Shown: one piece after another, positions 42,477-55,845 of the stretch
Layout of the letters: the number at the start of each line of letters is the position of its first letter
How positions within the stretch are numbered: the stretch's first letter is position 1
Origin: Blastocystis sp. Blastoise
Taxonomy: Eukaryota; Protista; Bigyra: Opalinata
DNA: 64,000 nucleotides
Direction: 5' to 3'
NCBI GenBank assembly: GCA_039096225.1
Contig: JBBPEB010000034.1
Location: 868,001-932,000, forward strand
The notes under the pieces: generated by a model
The model's input: only the letters and a program-made list of their open reading frames with translations
What the model was told of the DNA's origin: nothing
The model's database searches: none
Program-made: the position numbers and the translations under genes

Positions 42477-44805
42477 TATATCCTTTAATTATTATTATAT
42501 ACTATATATATATTATTTTATTTATTTTTTCATTTTATTTTAGTAGGGACCTTATGAATTCCTTATTTTAAAATAATTATTCTTATATATTCGTTACATA
42601 TACAAGTTCAGTGAATTGTTATATATATATATATTATTCACATATTTGCTTTTTTATTTCATATATATAATTATATATATATATCTATTGATTTATTTAT
42701 AAATTTCATATATATTTATTGATTTATTAATATATTTTATTATGTTACTTTTAAGAATAACTTTCATTATATAATAGATTGTTCATGATCTTTAAGTATC
42801 TATTTTTCAGTTATTTCAAATTAGCTTTGTTTAGAAAAATTATATTTACTATATTTCAATTGTTTTAACAATAAATATGATTAATATGACTCTACAGGTA
42901 TATAAGACTCCGACAATTCATTTCCATTCCCTGAGTAACTTAATAGAAAGCAAATTATTAGCTCTATATATAGCAAAGGATCTATGTGTTTTATACGCCA
43001 TTAAATAAAAACTCTTAAGATAATATTCAACATAATTCATTTAGATCATGTTAACCATATGTTTTGTTTTTAGTTTTGATATATACAGTAACATTGTATT
43101 GACCGTATAATTGCATAGTTTTCCCTTAGTAGTTGAAAGTGCAGCGAACTGTAATTCAAATGGATTTCCTTTAAATGAACTTCTTCCTATTAACCCATCA
43201 TGCTGCTAAAAGAGTCTGATTTGTGTTATTTCAACAAGTATTTATAGTAATTCATATAATCATATCAAAGAAAAACCTTTTTTTTTCTTAATTCAAATAT
43301 TAAAATAGTCTTTAAAATTTATATCTATATTTCAATCATATTTATCATTTAATAGTCATTTATAAACTAGTAAACTCCACAATTAGCTTAGTACAAATTG
43401 CATTGTTTATAATATTTTCCATATTATGTGCATCTATTATTGCTATTACGTGATTAATTGCACTTTAATCATAGTATAATATCTTTGCATCATAAAAAAA
43501 CAATAATCATGAACTTAATTTATAAATTATGAAATAAATATTTTTTATTATTAATAATGAAATGGTGGTGATAGCAAAGAATATTACATCATAATCAAGT
43601 AGTATTAGCTACTAAATGAGTTAGCATTTTTTTTTTCAACATTTCATTTTAAATTATTATCCATATTTTTTCATAATATTGAATTTGTATAAGCATTTGA
43701 TTGCATATATTGTATATAAAATAAAAAAATAACGATAATTATTTTAGCATGATTACCTTAATTGACTAGTTTATTTGTATAGATACTTCTAATGTTTGTA
43801 AAAGCCTTGTTTGAATACAAAAATATATATTTTTTTAATTAATACAATAGAAAATTAATTATAAAATGAAAATAGAGAATTGAGGTAAAGTGTTTACTGT
43901 AAATTTCTTTTTTTGTTTACTTTTTATATTAATTTATTATTTATTTGATATATTTGTTATAAAGACACTATAATACTGCTAGTGATAAGCTTTTAATCAT
44001 ACTTATGATCTTTGTTTGTTTTTTACATATACATATTTGGAATATATAATTATTGATAGCAGTATTTTGTATTATCTATACTCTAGATGAATTATGAATG
44101 TCTGTCTATTGATTATTAATTAAGAAAAAGAATCATTTCAACGTCATGTTATATGATTAATTAGTAAATTAGCCGTTGCTGGAGTTGGATCTTTTTTTCA
44201 TCTACTTTGACAAATATCATAATAAATAAGACTTGATGATACGAACATCTATATGCATAAACAATTTTATTTGCATTTGCCATTCTTAGATATGTAGATT
44301 TCTTGGTAAATATGTTTTGTTTACAATTGTAGTGGTAACTTATGTTCATTTCATCACTATTTAGTTAAAAATGTTTAATATGAACAATTATCAATTAATG
44401 AAAAATAATAGTTTATTTAGAGACACCACTTTGACTCATTGTTATGATATGTCTTATGTTGAAGCATAGCGTCATTAAGGTATCTGTAAACTAAATTAAC
44501 TTCAATGTTACAAATGCTTTGCTTAATTTGCTTCTCTTTTGTTATAACTACTAAACAATTGTTTGTATTACATAAATTATAGTTTATAATACTATATAAC
44601 ATACTATATAAAGAATCTAATTCATACGATTGATATAGAGTTACTAAAGCATTCCTAGTTTGTTATAACTATGGCAATATATCTATATATAGTGTCTATA
44701 ATGCTTTATATATAATAGTCTGTGATCTCTAATAATTAATAAATATATAATAATTCCCCGTAAATATTCCATTGATAGGCATAACAACGTAGTTAAATAG
44801 AAGCC

Positions 44806-44865
44806 GCCCTAAACTATTGTCTGGAGTTAGAAAAGAGTAGTATTATTGTCTGGAGTATTTAACTC
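44806..44865 (-). repeat. Right TIR of MULE (two TTGTCTGGAGT motifs)
   Basis: ctattgtctggagttag...ttattgtctggagtatttaactc. Confidence 0.85.
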
Positions 44866-45374
44866 TTCTTTATAAGAAATCATTTCGCGGTTTATTTCCT
44901 TTTTAAACTAGAAAAACAATTGAAAACAATGTTTTTTCTATTCATCTTGAAATCTCGATGATTCGAGAATAAATGTATCATAAAGAGCTGTTTTTATTGT
45001 CTTACTACTTACGTCATGGAGATGAATATTCTAAAAAACGTTTTTATCTACTATAAATGAATTTCTATTGAAGAAATGCTTCAGTCTTCAAAGATAATGA
45101 TATAAGTATGTTTGAGATAATATAGACTATCAGAAATAAGCAATTCTATTTAGATCTCATCAGAAATATTAGATTTAAAACGATATAATAAATTTTTAAA
45201 CTTGATTCTAATGATTATGAAAAAAATGAATTCAAAGTGAGAAAAGAATAGTTTCCCGTAAATTCTATTTTCGTTCTATTGGATGACCCAAGTCAAGTTC
45301 ACGTCGTTATTTATTCACAAAAATTATTTTATTTAAGTAATTCAATATTATCATACTTAGTTAAACATTTCATT

Positions 45375-46271
45375 ATGTTTGCTAATAAAATTGGAAAGCA
45401 GATTCTTCTTCTTGGAAAATCGACGGCAAAACAAGTATTGCTTAAGCAATGTGTACGATGTGCATCTTCTATTAATGTTAAAAGTCATGCACCTATTCCT
45501 CAAGCTTTCATTAGATCAAAGACTTCAGCTCAACCAGCTATTCAAAAAGCTTCTGATGCTAATGAGTTTTATGCTCAATTAATAAAAAACATATTAATTA
45601 TTCAAAAGAATACTCCAAAGACTCCTATGGAACTCTATCAGTCTATGATTGTCAATGGAGAACTTAAAAAGGATGCTTATCAATTAACTATCGTTCGTAA
45701 ACTTCAATCATTATATGATAATATTGTCAACTATTATACGAATTCTGAAATATCCAACTATTCTCAAATATCTCATGAGATTCTTAAAGAAGAAGAAGAA
45801 AAAGAAGAGAAACCAAAAGAAACAAAAAGTAGTTGGTTCAGTTTTGGAAAAACTAAAAAAGAAGAGAAACCAATTGTGTTTCATGCTTCTACCCCGAGTA
45901 CTAAGACTCCTAAAGGTAATTTTTTTAGATTTTATTATATTATTTATTATATTATATTATTTATTATGTTTATTATTATTATATATATATTATATATATA
46001 TTATATATATATATATTATATATAGGAGCTTATATATGGGGAGATCCAGGTAGTGGTAAAAGTATGATGATGGATTTATTATTTGATACGATTCCCGCGA
46101 CTATTCCTAAGAAACGAGTTCATTTTCATGCTTTTATGTTAGATATTCACCAACGTCTTCATGCCTATAGACAAATACATGGTATACAATATATATATAG
46201 AGTATTCAATATTTTTATATTATAGGATATATTGTTTTACAATATGTATATAGATTAGTATTTTTTATTTA

Positions 46272-46338
<67 letters not shown>

Positions 46339-46764
46339 GGTGCTCGTAGTGATCCCCTTCCTCAAATAGCACGTGAAATAGGAACAGAAATAAAAGTATT
46401 ATGTTTTGATGAATTTCAAGTATGTTATTATATATATATTACATTTATTGTTGTTATTATTATGTTTATTATTAATATTTATCATTAACAATATATTACT
46501 ATATATTGTTCTATATATATAGGTAACCGATGTAGCTGATGCTATGATGCTTCAACGATTATTCACGGAATTATTTAATAATGATATTTGTATTATTGCT
46601 ACTTCTAATAGATATATATATTATATATTATATCATTATGATATATTATTATTATTGGATTTCTATATATATATATATATATAGATGTCCTGATGATTTA
46701 TATAAAGATGGCGTTCAACGTGATCGTTTCATTCCTTTTATCGATCTACTTAAAGTTGTATATA

Positions 46765-46831
<67 letters not shown>

Positions 46832-47065
46832 TCATATATATATATATAGGATTGTCCTGAGATCTATATAAATAGTGGTAAAGATTATAGATATGGAGGA
46901 GTAAAAGAAATGCAAACCTATTATTATCCTATTAATAACTCTAATATTAATACTATTAAGGAGATTCTCACGGGAATTAATGGTCAACCTTTAAACTGGA
47001 AGTCCGAAGAAATTGAAGTCATTCAAGGACGTACTCTCCATGTTCCTAAAGCTGATAAGTATATA

Positions 47066-47101
<36 letters not shown>

Positions 47102-47391
47102 CATATTATTATTCATAATCAAATGGTTATTATTTTTTTAAACAATATATTTATATATTAATCATTTTATTATTCATAATCAAAACAATATATATATATA
47201 TAATGGTATATGTGTATTTGATTTCCATGATTTATGTCAAGAAGCTCTTGGGGCTGCTGATTACCTCTCATTATGTGCCAATTATCATACTCTTGTTCTT
47301 AAGAATGTTCCTCAAATGAAAATGGATGATGTTGCTGAATTAAGAAGATTTATTACTCTTGTAGATGAACTTTATGATAATAAAGTATATA

Positions 47392-47422
<31 letters not shown>

Positions 47423-47741
47423 GTTTATTATGTTTATTATTATATAATTTTTTTATACCATTTATTAGTACACATCTAACTCTCTTTTATACCATTTATT
47501 ATTATCATTATATATAGGTAAAACTGATATGTTTAGCGGAGTCTCCTCTTCAAAAATTATTCTTAGCAGATATGAACTCAAAGAGAGATGAAGTATATAT
47601 ACTTTATATATATATTCTTATAATACTTATATATAGGTTTTTGCTTTTAGTAGAACAATTAGTCGATTAGAAGAAATGCAAACAAAAACATATTTAAATA
47701 AATTACATAATTTACAAAAACATACTTTATGTGATTTATAA
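45375..47741 (+). CDS. AFG1: AFG1/LACE1 (ZapE-family) mitochondrial ATPase
   Basis: Basic presequence [15 protein letters not shown]. Walker [27 protein letters not shown], Walker [55 protein letters not shown]. Confidence 0.93.
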
Positions 47742-48180
47742 CAATATACTATCTATAGTATATTTATATTCTATGTTGTTTTCTTATAAGTATATATATA
47801 TATATATCCTTTCTATGTATTGTAGTATTATTGTTCTATTATTTATCAGCTTCTCATTATCTCTATCAATATTTTCCATATATTTCTTATTTAAGAGAAA
47901 ATCTTTTTCTTTTGTTTTTAGTTTTAATTATTTCAACTAGTTATAAATCGTTCTTCATCATATTTTATATAATTAGTCTCTTTTGAATCTATTGTTTGTT
48001 GTTTGCTTACATTATTCACATGAATATCTAGCTTTTTTTATATTTAAACACAAATTACAAATAGAAAACATAATAGTATTTCACACAAAAATGAATTTTT
48101 GTATGACGCATCTTGATTCGACAACAAATTTTTCATACTAACGGTCAGTTTTCATTAGTTTTTCTTAATAGAAACGAAAG

Positions 48181-49388
48181 ATGAAGTGTATTTTCGTTGA
48201 TCTTAGTGGGACAATATATAGCGGTACAACTATTATTCCTGGAGCTCTAGAAGGAATCCAACTGTTACATCAGTCATCACAATTCCAATATTGCTTTGTT
48301 TCGAATGCTACTAGTCATACAAGAAATGGATTATACGACATGCTTTGTAGTATGGGACTGACATTTATTAACAAAGAACATATATTTTCCTCTGGAGAAC
48401 TTGTCAAGTCGTATCTTATCAGCAAACACCATAATCCTTATTATATTGTAGAAGATACATTAATACAAGACCTTATTCAATCAGATCCATCTAAACCCTA
48501 TTCTTGTGTAGTCATTGGAACTGCTGAATCAAAATTGAATTATAATTATTTAAATCAAGGATTTAAAATAATTTTAAATGGAGGTGAATTGATAGGGTTA
48601 AATATGAGTTATTATAATGTTCGTGATGATGGTATTTTTAATTTTTTTTATTATATATTATTGTTATTATATTTTATTTATTATTTTTATTTTATTATGT
48701 TTTATTTTTATTGTATTTTATTTTTATTATTATATTTTACTATATTTTTTATTTTTATTATATTTTTATTATTATATATTATATATTATATATTATATAT
48801 TATTCATATTATTATTCACCTGTAGGTTATAATCTTGCTGCCGGTGGATTTATTGATTTAATTGCAAAAGCTTCAGATATTAAGCCTACTATTTTGGGGT
48901 ATATATATATAACGCTATTATTAACTTGGATATATCATTATAATAAATAATTATTATTCTATAACACATTTAGAAAGCCAAATCCTTCATTCTTTAAGAT
49001 GGTTGCTCAATTAATGAAGTATATATCAACATCTATATTCACTACTCTATTTATACATAGAATTGATGATTTTAATGATATCTATATGATTGGTGATGAT
49101 ATTGTAACGGATATTGGCGGTATTCAAGCTGTTGGGGGACATGGAATTCTCGTTAAAACTGGGAAATATAGAGAGGGCTGTGAAATGAAACAAGGTATAT
49201 ATTCATAAAATAATTTCAATTACTTTAATTAAATATATTTTATTATTATCTGTAATACAGTATATGCTTCCTATTTTTTATATTCATATTATTATATACT
49301 CTATTACTCCTTAGGAATTCAACCTGATTATGTAGCCAATGATCTTTATGATGCAGTTCAATACCTTTTAACCACATATTCATCATGA
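48181..49388 (+). CDS. HAD-superfamily IIA hydrolase, HDHD2/LHPP-like
   Basis: Motif I VDLSGT (DxS typical of HDHD2/LHPP), FVSN, GKPNPSFF, MIGDDIVTDIGG, GILVKTGKYR, PDY. Confidence 0.9.
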
Positions 49389-49622
49389 TTAGCAATTTCT
49401 CTTTTTTGATATAATCACTTTTCCTCTTTTACTATTTATCGATGGTTTATTCTTATGCTAGCCTTGTTTTATGATTTTGTTATGTTTATTGAATACTCTA
49501 ATAAGTATATATGAACAAATTCACCAAAATACAGAATAATGCAAGAATCAACAAACAAATAAAAATAAATCAAAAAATAAAATATATTATTCATGTATAC
49601 TTTAAAAATAAAAATTTCAGTA

Positions 49623-49695
49623 GACTCCGTAGTGCAGTGGCAAACACGCTCGCCTGACACGCGAGAGATCCCGAGTTCAATCCTCGGCGGAGTCA
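49623..49695 (+). tRNA. tRNA-Val with GAC anticodon (73 nt, no intron)
   Basis: GACTCCG/CGGAGTC acceptor stem with A73; D arm GTG..CAC; anticodon stem CTCGC/GCGAG with loop CT-GAC-AC; T arm CCGAG-TTCAATC-CTCGG; T5 Pol III terminator immediately 3'. Confidence 0.95.
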
Positions 49696-49700
49696 TTTTT
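49696..49700 (+). terminator. RNA polymerase III oligo-dT terminator of the tRNA gene
   Basis: TTTTT directly after the discriminator base. Confidence 0.7.
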
Positions 49701-49905
49701 ATGATTCTTTTAATAAATATTTTTTTCCACTTTTCTTTTTGCCAGGAAAGTTCTCTAGTTGTGTTCCTATGAAAGAATAAGAACCTTTTGTAAGCAACTA
49801 AAAAGAGTATTCGGTCATAGAATGCATAGATCCTTAGTAATTTTTATATATTTTTTCTAATTATTTTTCTATTAAAATACGTATTTATAATTTTAGCGGC
49901 ATATT

Positions 49906-51187
49906 ATGGATGACAACTTACAAACAATTCTAAAGGACTTAGCCAAAGTTACAAGTCAAATACAGCATCTTTCGAAAGGAACGACTGGCTCTGTTTTAGA
50001 GACTTCTACAGCATTATCTGTTCCAATAACTCCAGTTCCTGAATCACCTGTAGAAATGATCTCAAAGGAACAATATTTATCTCTTCAAAACCATATAGCA
50101 AGACTCCAAGACGATTTAAAGCAATGTAATGATGAGAAAGAAATGTGGATTAAAAAGTATAAGGAGATTTCTCAAAATGCATGTCCTTTAGATACTCCTA
50201 AATCAGATCGTTCTACACCATTTCCAATTACGATAACAGAATCAAATAATCGTAAAAGACAACTCAGCTCTAAAGCCAATTTCACACTTTTATTGTATAT
50301 TATATATATGTTGTATTCTTTTGTAATATTTATTATTATATATATATATATATATATTATTATAGAAGTAGCGATAGTCAATGTTATCAAACTGCTGCAG
50401 GTACCACAATTCATACTAATTATTTTGTATATATATATTTATTATATTTTTTATATTTATTATATTTATTATATTTTTTTATATTTTTTATATTATTCTA
50501 TTTATCATATTTATTATATTTATTATATTTATCACATTTATTATATTTATGATCCTAGTCCAATAATTCCATTCGGTTATTTTGGAATGATAAGCCAAAG
50601 AATGTTCTTATTGTAAAGAAAGAAAATGACGAACCCTCAGAGAATTATCTGTTTCAAGTATAGTCTAAATATTATTATTATTATTATAAACTATTATTTA
50701 TTTGATTATTCTTATTTATAATTTTAACTTTTATATGAATATATATAAATATAATATTTTCTACTCATCACTTTTCATACTTTATTTCAATTTATTTATA
50801 TGAATATATATATAGATTAGTGAATATTTAAATTCTCAACATATGAATATATATATTGAACCTCAAGTATATGATTCCCTTGAAAATAAAGGTCATTATT
50901 TAACATGGGACCCATGTGTATATATATACTATATATTATTATTTATTTATTTATTTATTCTAGTTATTATTCTTATTTATTATTATATATATATATATAT
51001 AGATGCAAGATATAATATTTGATTTAGTTGACTTTGTTATTACGTTAGGAGGTGATGGAACACTATTACATGTCAGTTCACTTTTTAACGGTAGTGTTCC
51101 CCCAGTAGTACCTTTCGCTATGGGTACACTTGGATTCTTAACACCTTTTGATATTAATATGTATAAAAATGTCCTTAATAATGTATA

Positions 51188-51264
<77 letters not shown>

Positions 51265-51658
51265 AAATTTAAAAATATCTTTTTAATACTATTTATATAC
51301 ATTCACTCGTTACTATAACTATATATATATATAGATTATTAATGATGATTTTTTTATATCTCTTCGAACCCGTCTCTGTTGTACTCTCGATTCTATCACT
51401 CTCAATGGACTTCCCTCCAATTTTGATGGCGCTAAAACTTCTACACAACCCTGTAACTGTCCACAAAAGAAACAACATTCATTCACTGTATATATGATTA
51501 TTTATTATTATTATACTATATATATATATTATACTATTTATTATCATTATCATTATATATATATATATATATATTAGGTATTAAATGATATAGTATTTGA
51601 TCGTGGTGAGAATTGTTCGATGGTAAATCTTGAATGTTATATTGGTACTACTCATATT

Positions 51659-51714
<56 letters not shown>

Positions 51715-52331
51715 ATTATTATTATATAGGTTCATGCAGATGGTCTTATTATCGCTACTCCCACGGGATCAACCGCTTATTCTATGGCAGCTGGAGGGTC
51801 TATGTTACACCCTTCAGTTCCCGCCATGTTATTGACGCCAATTTGTCCTCATACCCTCTCATTCCGTCAAATGATACTTCCGGATAGCGTTACACTACGT
51901 GTAGAAGTATCTATTAACAGTCGTACGGATGTACGAGTCAGTTACGATGGCAGGCATCAACATACGTTGAAAAAAGGACAATCTATAAGTATATATATAT
52001 TCTATATATTCTATATTGATTCATAGTATATTATTCCTTTTCTTTTTTCTCTATATCTATTGTGATTTATTGTATTATTGAATTAGTTTTTTATTTCTTT
52101 ATTCTATAAAATCTCTTTAGTTCTTATCCAATATATATATATATATTTATATCATTAAGTCTCTATATAATTCTATCTTTGCTATAGATAACAGTAAGTA
52201 ATGATCCTTTACCTTCTGTCTGTTCTGAACTAAACCAACATGACTGGTATTATAATGTTAACGAATCGCTTAATTGGAATAAACAACTTGCCAGAAAAGC
52301 ACAACTTCTTGAAGAAAAAAAACAAAAGTAA
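49906..52331 (+). CDS. NADK: NAD(+) kinase with N-terminal coiled-coil extension
   Basis: ITLGGDGTLL, FAMGTLGFLTPF, VLND, ADGLIIATPTGSTAYSMAAGG, TPICPHTLSFR, LNWN; stop 52329-52331. Confidence 0.95.
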
Positions 52332-53051
52332 ACAAGTTTTTATAATATTTTTAACATTTATATGTTTTCTTTAAAATAAAGTGATATATATTTATTTACT
52401 TTAATTTCTAGTTTTCTTTTTTTTTTCTTACTACTTTATCTCTATTTTTATTATTTTTTATCTGTTTTTTCTCATATTATTCTTTTTATTTGTGCCCTAT
52501 AATCCAATTTATCTATTTTAAACGTATTAAACGTCATCTACCCTTGTTTTGTAAAGATAGAATTCAAATTTGAAATTTCTGTTGAAATAATGCTAGTATT
52601 TCACAATATTTATTCCCTGAAGACTATGTCATATGCTTATCAACATAGATTTTTACAAATTAACATATTTCATAATAAATGATTTTTTAATTCAAAAATA
52701 TTATATAATACTAGTTTAAATGTATTCGTCATTAATATGCTCACCTTTTTTCAAACTAAGATTTTTCCAAGATTGAGTAAAACACCATCCATAATTCATT
52801 CGTTACGATAATTTTTTTGTTAAATTGTCTCAAACCACTTTACTAGTATGTAAAACATGATAACGAATACAACCCATGATAAAATTAATTTTTATAATAT
52901 TTTCTTCACCTAACTTTGTATGATTATTAATTTTTATAGTGAAAACAAATCTGTTTTTGCTATTTTCATTTTTTTTCAAATATATAAATTATTTTATTTA
53001 CTTTTTAAAGTTTTTATTTATTTTCTAGCAATAGATATCACAACAAATAGG

Positions 53052-53814
53052 ATGTCATTAATAGAAACTATAAAAGTCGACACAGAAAATGTGAATCCTG
53101 ATTTGTCCACTACTAAACTGTCTAGTGAAGATCAAGATATTGTAAAAGAACTCCCAATTAAAGATAAAAAGCCTATTGTTCTTGAGAATATAACGAATGT
53201 AAAGAAAGCAATTCCAATTTCAAAGAAAGTTGATGCAGTTGCACCCAAAAAATTTGGTCTAGTGAAGCAAAATACGTTGCATAAAGTCTCTCCATCTCCA
53301 GACAAGAAATCTGCATTGCCTGTATATATAAATATAATGATATAATTAATGAAGAATGATGTTTTTATAGCCAATTGAGAAAGGATTAGTGTATGATGAG
53401 CCTGATATTATTGGTGATATTGATGTATATATATATATTATTTCTTATTTTATTAGAAAATGGCTTTCCTTTATTATATAGATTGATGATATATTATTTC
53501 CTAAATCTGTATTCAGTTCTCTTGCTGATGATATATTATTAAACACTCTTGATCCTTTAATACCTATGGAACTGAAACCTGTAGATACGGGTATATATTT
53601 ATTATGAATTATATATATATATATATATATAATATACTGGTATATTCATATTTATTACAACTTTTCTATATATATAATATAGTAGTATATTCATATTTAT
53701 TACAAATTTTCTATATATATAATATTAGTATATTTTAAATTTGTTATAAATTATAAATATATAGTGGAACTAGATAGTATTTTAGAAGAATTAGATAATG
53801 AGGATGAGAATTAG
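53052..53814 (+). CDS. Small (~160 aa) bipartite basic/acidic protein; securin/Patronus-like candidate
   Basis: 4 exons splice in frame: MSLIETIKVDTENVNP..IVLENITN..KKFGLVKQN..SALP|PIEKGLVYDEPDIIGDID|IDDILFP..|VELDSILEELDNEDEN*. Gene model well supported; function is inference. Confidence 0.6.
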
Positions 53815-54409
53815 TTAATATTTATTCGTGAATTTGCTGCTTTATATTGTTTTAATTAGTTCATATGATTATTTATGTTATTTAATTCTATGGTTTGTTA
53901 TATAATTATGTATATATATATAATAATAATAGGAAAAGTAAAAACAAAAGAAGTATTTCAAGCTGATGAGGACCTTCGAACAATTAAGAAAGAATATACA
54001 AGAGAGACAGTAGAGAGACATATAAAAATAAACAAATCAATAAAATAAAATAATGACTAAAAAAAAATAGTCTACCAAAAAATTGAAAACCATATACATA
54101 AATAATAAATATAGAAAAGAATTTATGTAAGTGAACATAAACTAGTATCAGAACAGAGTATATTTTATGATAATAATGAATTATACATAAATAAAAATAC
54201 AGAAAGATTGCAATTAAAGAAGAAAATCAAAATCGAATAAGTAATAGAATACAGATAAATATATATATATAGGATGGTGAAACAACATAATTAAAGTATT
54301 ATGTTATTGTATAAGAGAATCTATTTATATATATAGCAATAAAAAAAAAGTCACAAGGAATGCAAATATATATATAGAATAAATATATAGATGTATAATA
54401 ATCCATTCT

Positions 54410-55845
54410 TTAAATACTCGTAACATTTTCAGGAGAAACTTGTTCTCCGTACAGATTCTTCTTACAATGATCTGGATATTTCTGTTTATATATAGATATA
54501 ATACTATCAAAAATAGAAAAATTTTCTTTTATATCAACCCGTGTCATTTTTGTTAATTCATCTCTCCATATAGGCCTATATATATATGTATATAATTATT
54601 ATATTTATAAATATATATATTTTTTGATTTTTATAATGAATATATATATAATTTCATTTTTGTAATAATAAATATAATAAATAAAAACATAAATATAATA
54701 AATAAAAACATAAATATAATAAATAAAAAACATAAATATAATAAATAAAAACATAAATATAATAAATAAAAACACAAATATAATAAATAAAAACATAAAT
54801 ATAATAAATAAAAACATAAATATAATAAATAAAAACATAAATACATAAATAAACATATTAAAAAAGAGAATATATAAAAAATAAATAAAAATAAATATAC
54901 TTTAATCGAAGAACTGCTCTACTCGACGCGATAATACCCGCAGCAATCTCACTAGGTTTAAATTTCTCAAGACTTACTTCTCCTGCAGTTAATTCTAAAA
55001 AGAAAAATAAATATCGACATATATATATCATAATTCGATTCTTATAAGGTTTAGCTTCATGATTATCTAAAATATCATTATCAAATACTAAAGGTACATG
55101 ACCATACATATCTACGAAATGACCTGTTGTTACATAGGATAAATTCCAATCAAGTCTATAAAATACATATAGAATAAATATATAATAAAAAATAATTATG
55201 TATAATAACAAATAATAATCTATAATAATATATATCCTAAAATATATATAAAGCAACATCTTTTATATACCCTTTTAAAACAGTGAATTCCCATTCAAAA
55301 ACTTCATGAATATTAGCAAAAAGATCAGAGCAAGGTTGACAAATATTCTTGAAACTAGGTAAATCCACTTCACGTTCTTCACACTTGGCTAAACATAAAT
55401 TTAATTAGCATATAAATATAATTTCTTAAAATTAAAAAAAGAGAACGAAAACGAATTTCGTATAAAAACAACATATACCTGCAATAAAAAGACATATAAT
55501 GGCTGCCTTATAAATATCAACTTTAGGCATCACTGTGTATGTATTGTAACGATCAAAAAACATGATAGATAAAAGAATTGTGTTTGGATCCATATTCATT
55601 TCCTTGCCATTACTGTAAAGAAAATCGACAATTCGAGAACGATATTCATCAAAACGATGGGAACGCTCAAAACTTGATTCTAAACACGAAATATATTAAA
55701 ATCATTAAACATAGAATTGAATAACATACGCTTGAGTTCTTTCTCCATCATTTTCTTTTGCATTAAAGAAAGCTCAATTCCAGAGTAGGTTTGCTTATCA
55801 AACTATACTATTTAATATATTTAGAAAGCATATACATACATCCAT
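54410..55845 (-). CDS. Cyclin (cyclin box; possibly cyclin J-like)
   Basis: YRSRIVDFL..LLSIMFFDRY..ICLFIA|AKCEERE..EWEFTVLKG|LDWNLSYVTTGHF; C-lobe FKPSEIAAGII..PIW..LTKMT. Confidence 0.88.
54660..54860. repeat. Intronic 21-bp minisatellite (aaatataataaataaaaacat) in the cyclin gene
   Basis: About 8-9 tandem units; source of spurious ORFs 54605-54856 and 54631-54846. Confidence 0.8.

Larger units (their letters stand above)
38109..44865. mobile_element. Mutator-like (MULE) DNA transposon, ~6.8 kb
   Basis: 9-bp TSD TTCTTTATA at 38100-38108 and 44866-44874. Imperfect TIRs GAGAGAAAAACTCCAGACAATA (left) vs GAGTTAAATACTCCAGACAATA (right, revcomp), each with a second ACTCCAGACAA copy. Internal MULE transposase. 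Confidence 0.92.

Noticed and set aside
49469-49696. Minus-strand 75-aa ORF MTPPRIELG..
   Set aside because: Antisense translation of the tRNA gene.
50295-50558. Apparent frameshift in NAD kinase exon 2
   Set aside because: Resolved by using the later donor ttt|GTATAT (..AAGTTIHTNYF|SNNSIRL).
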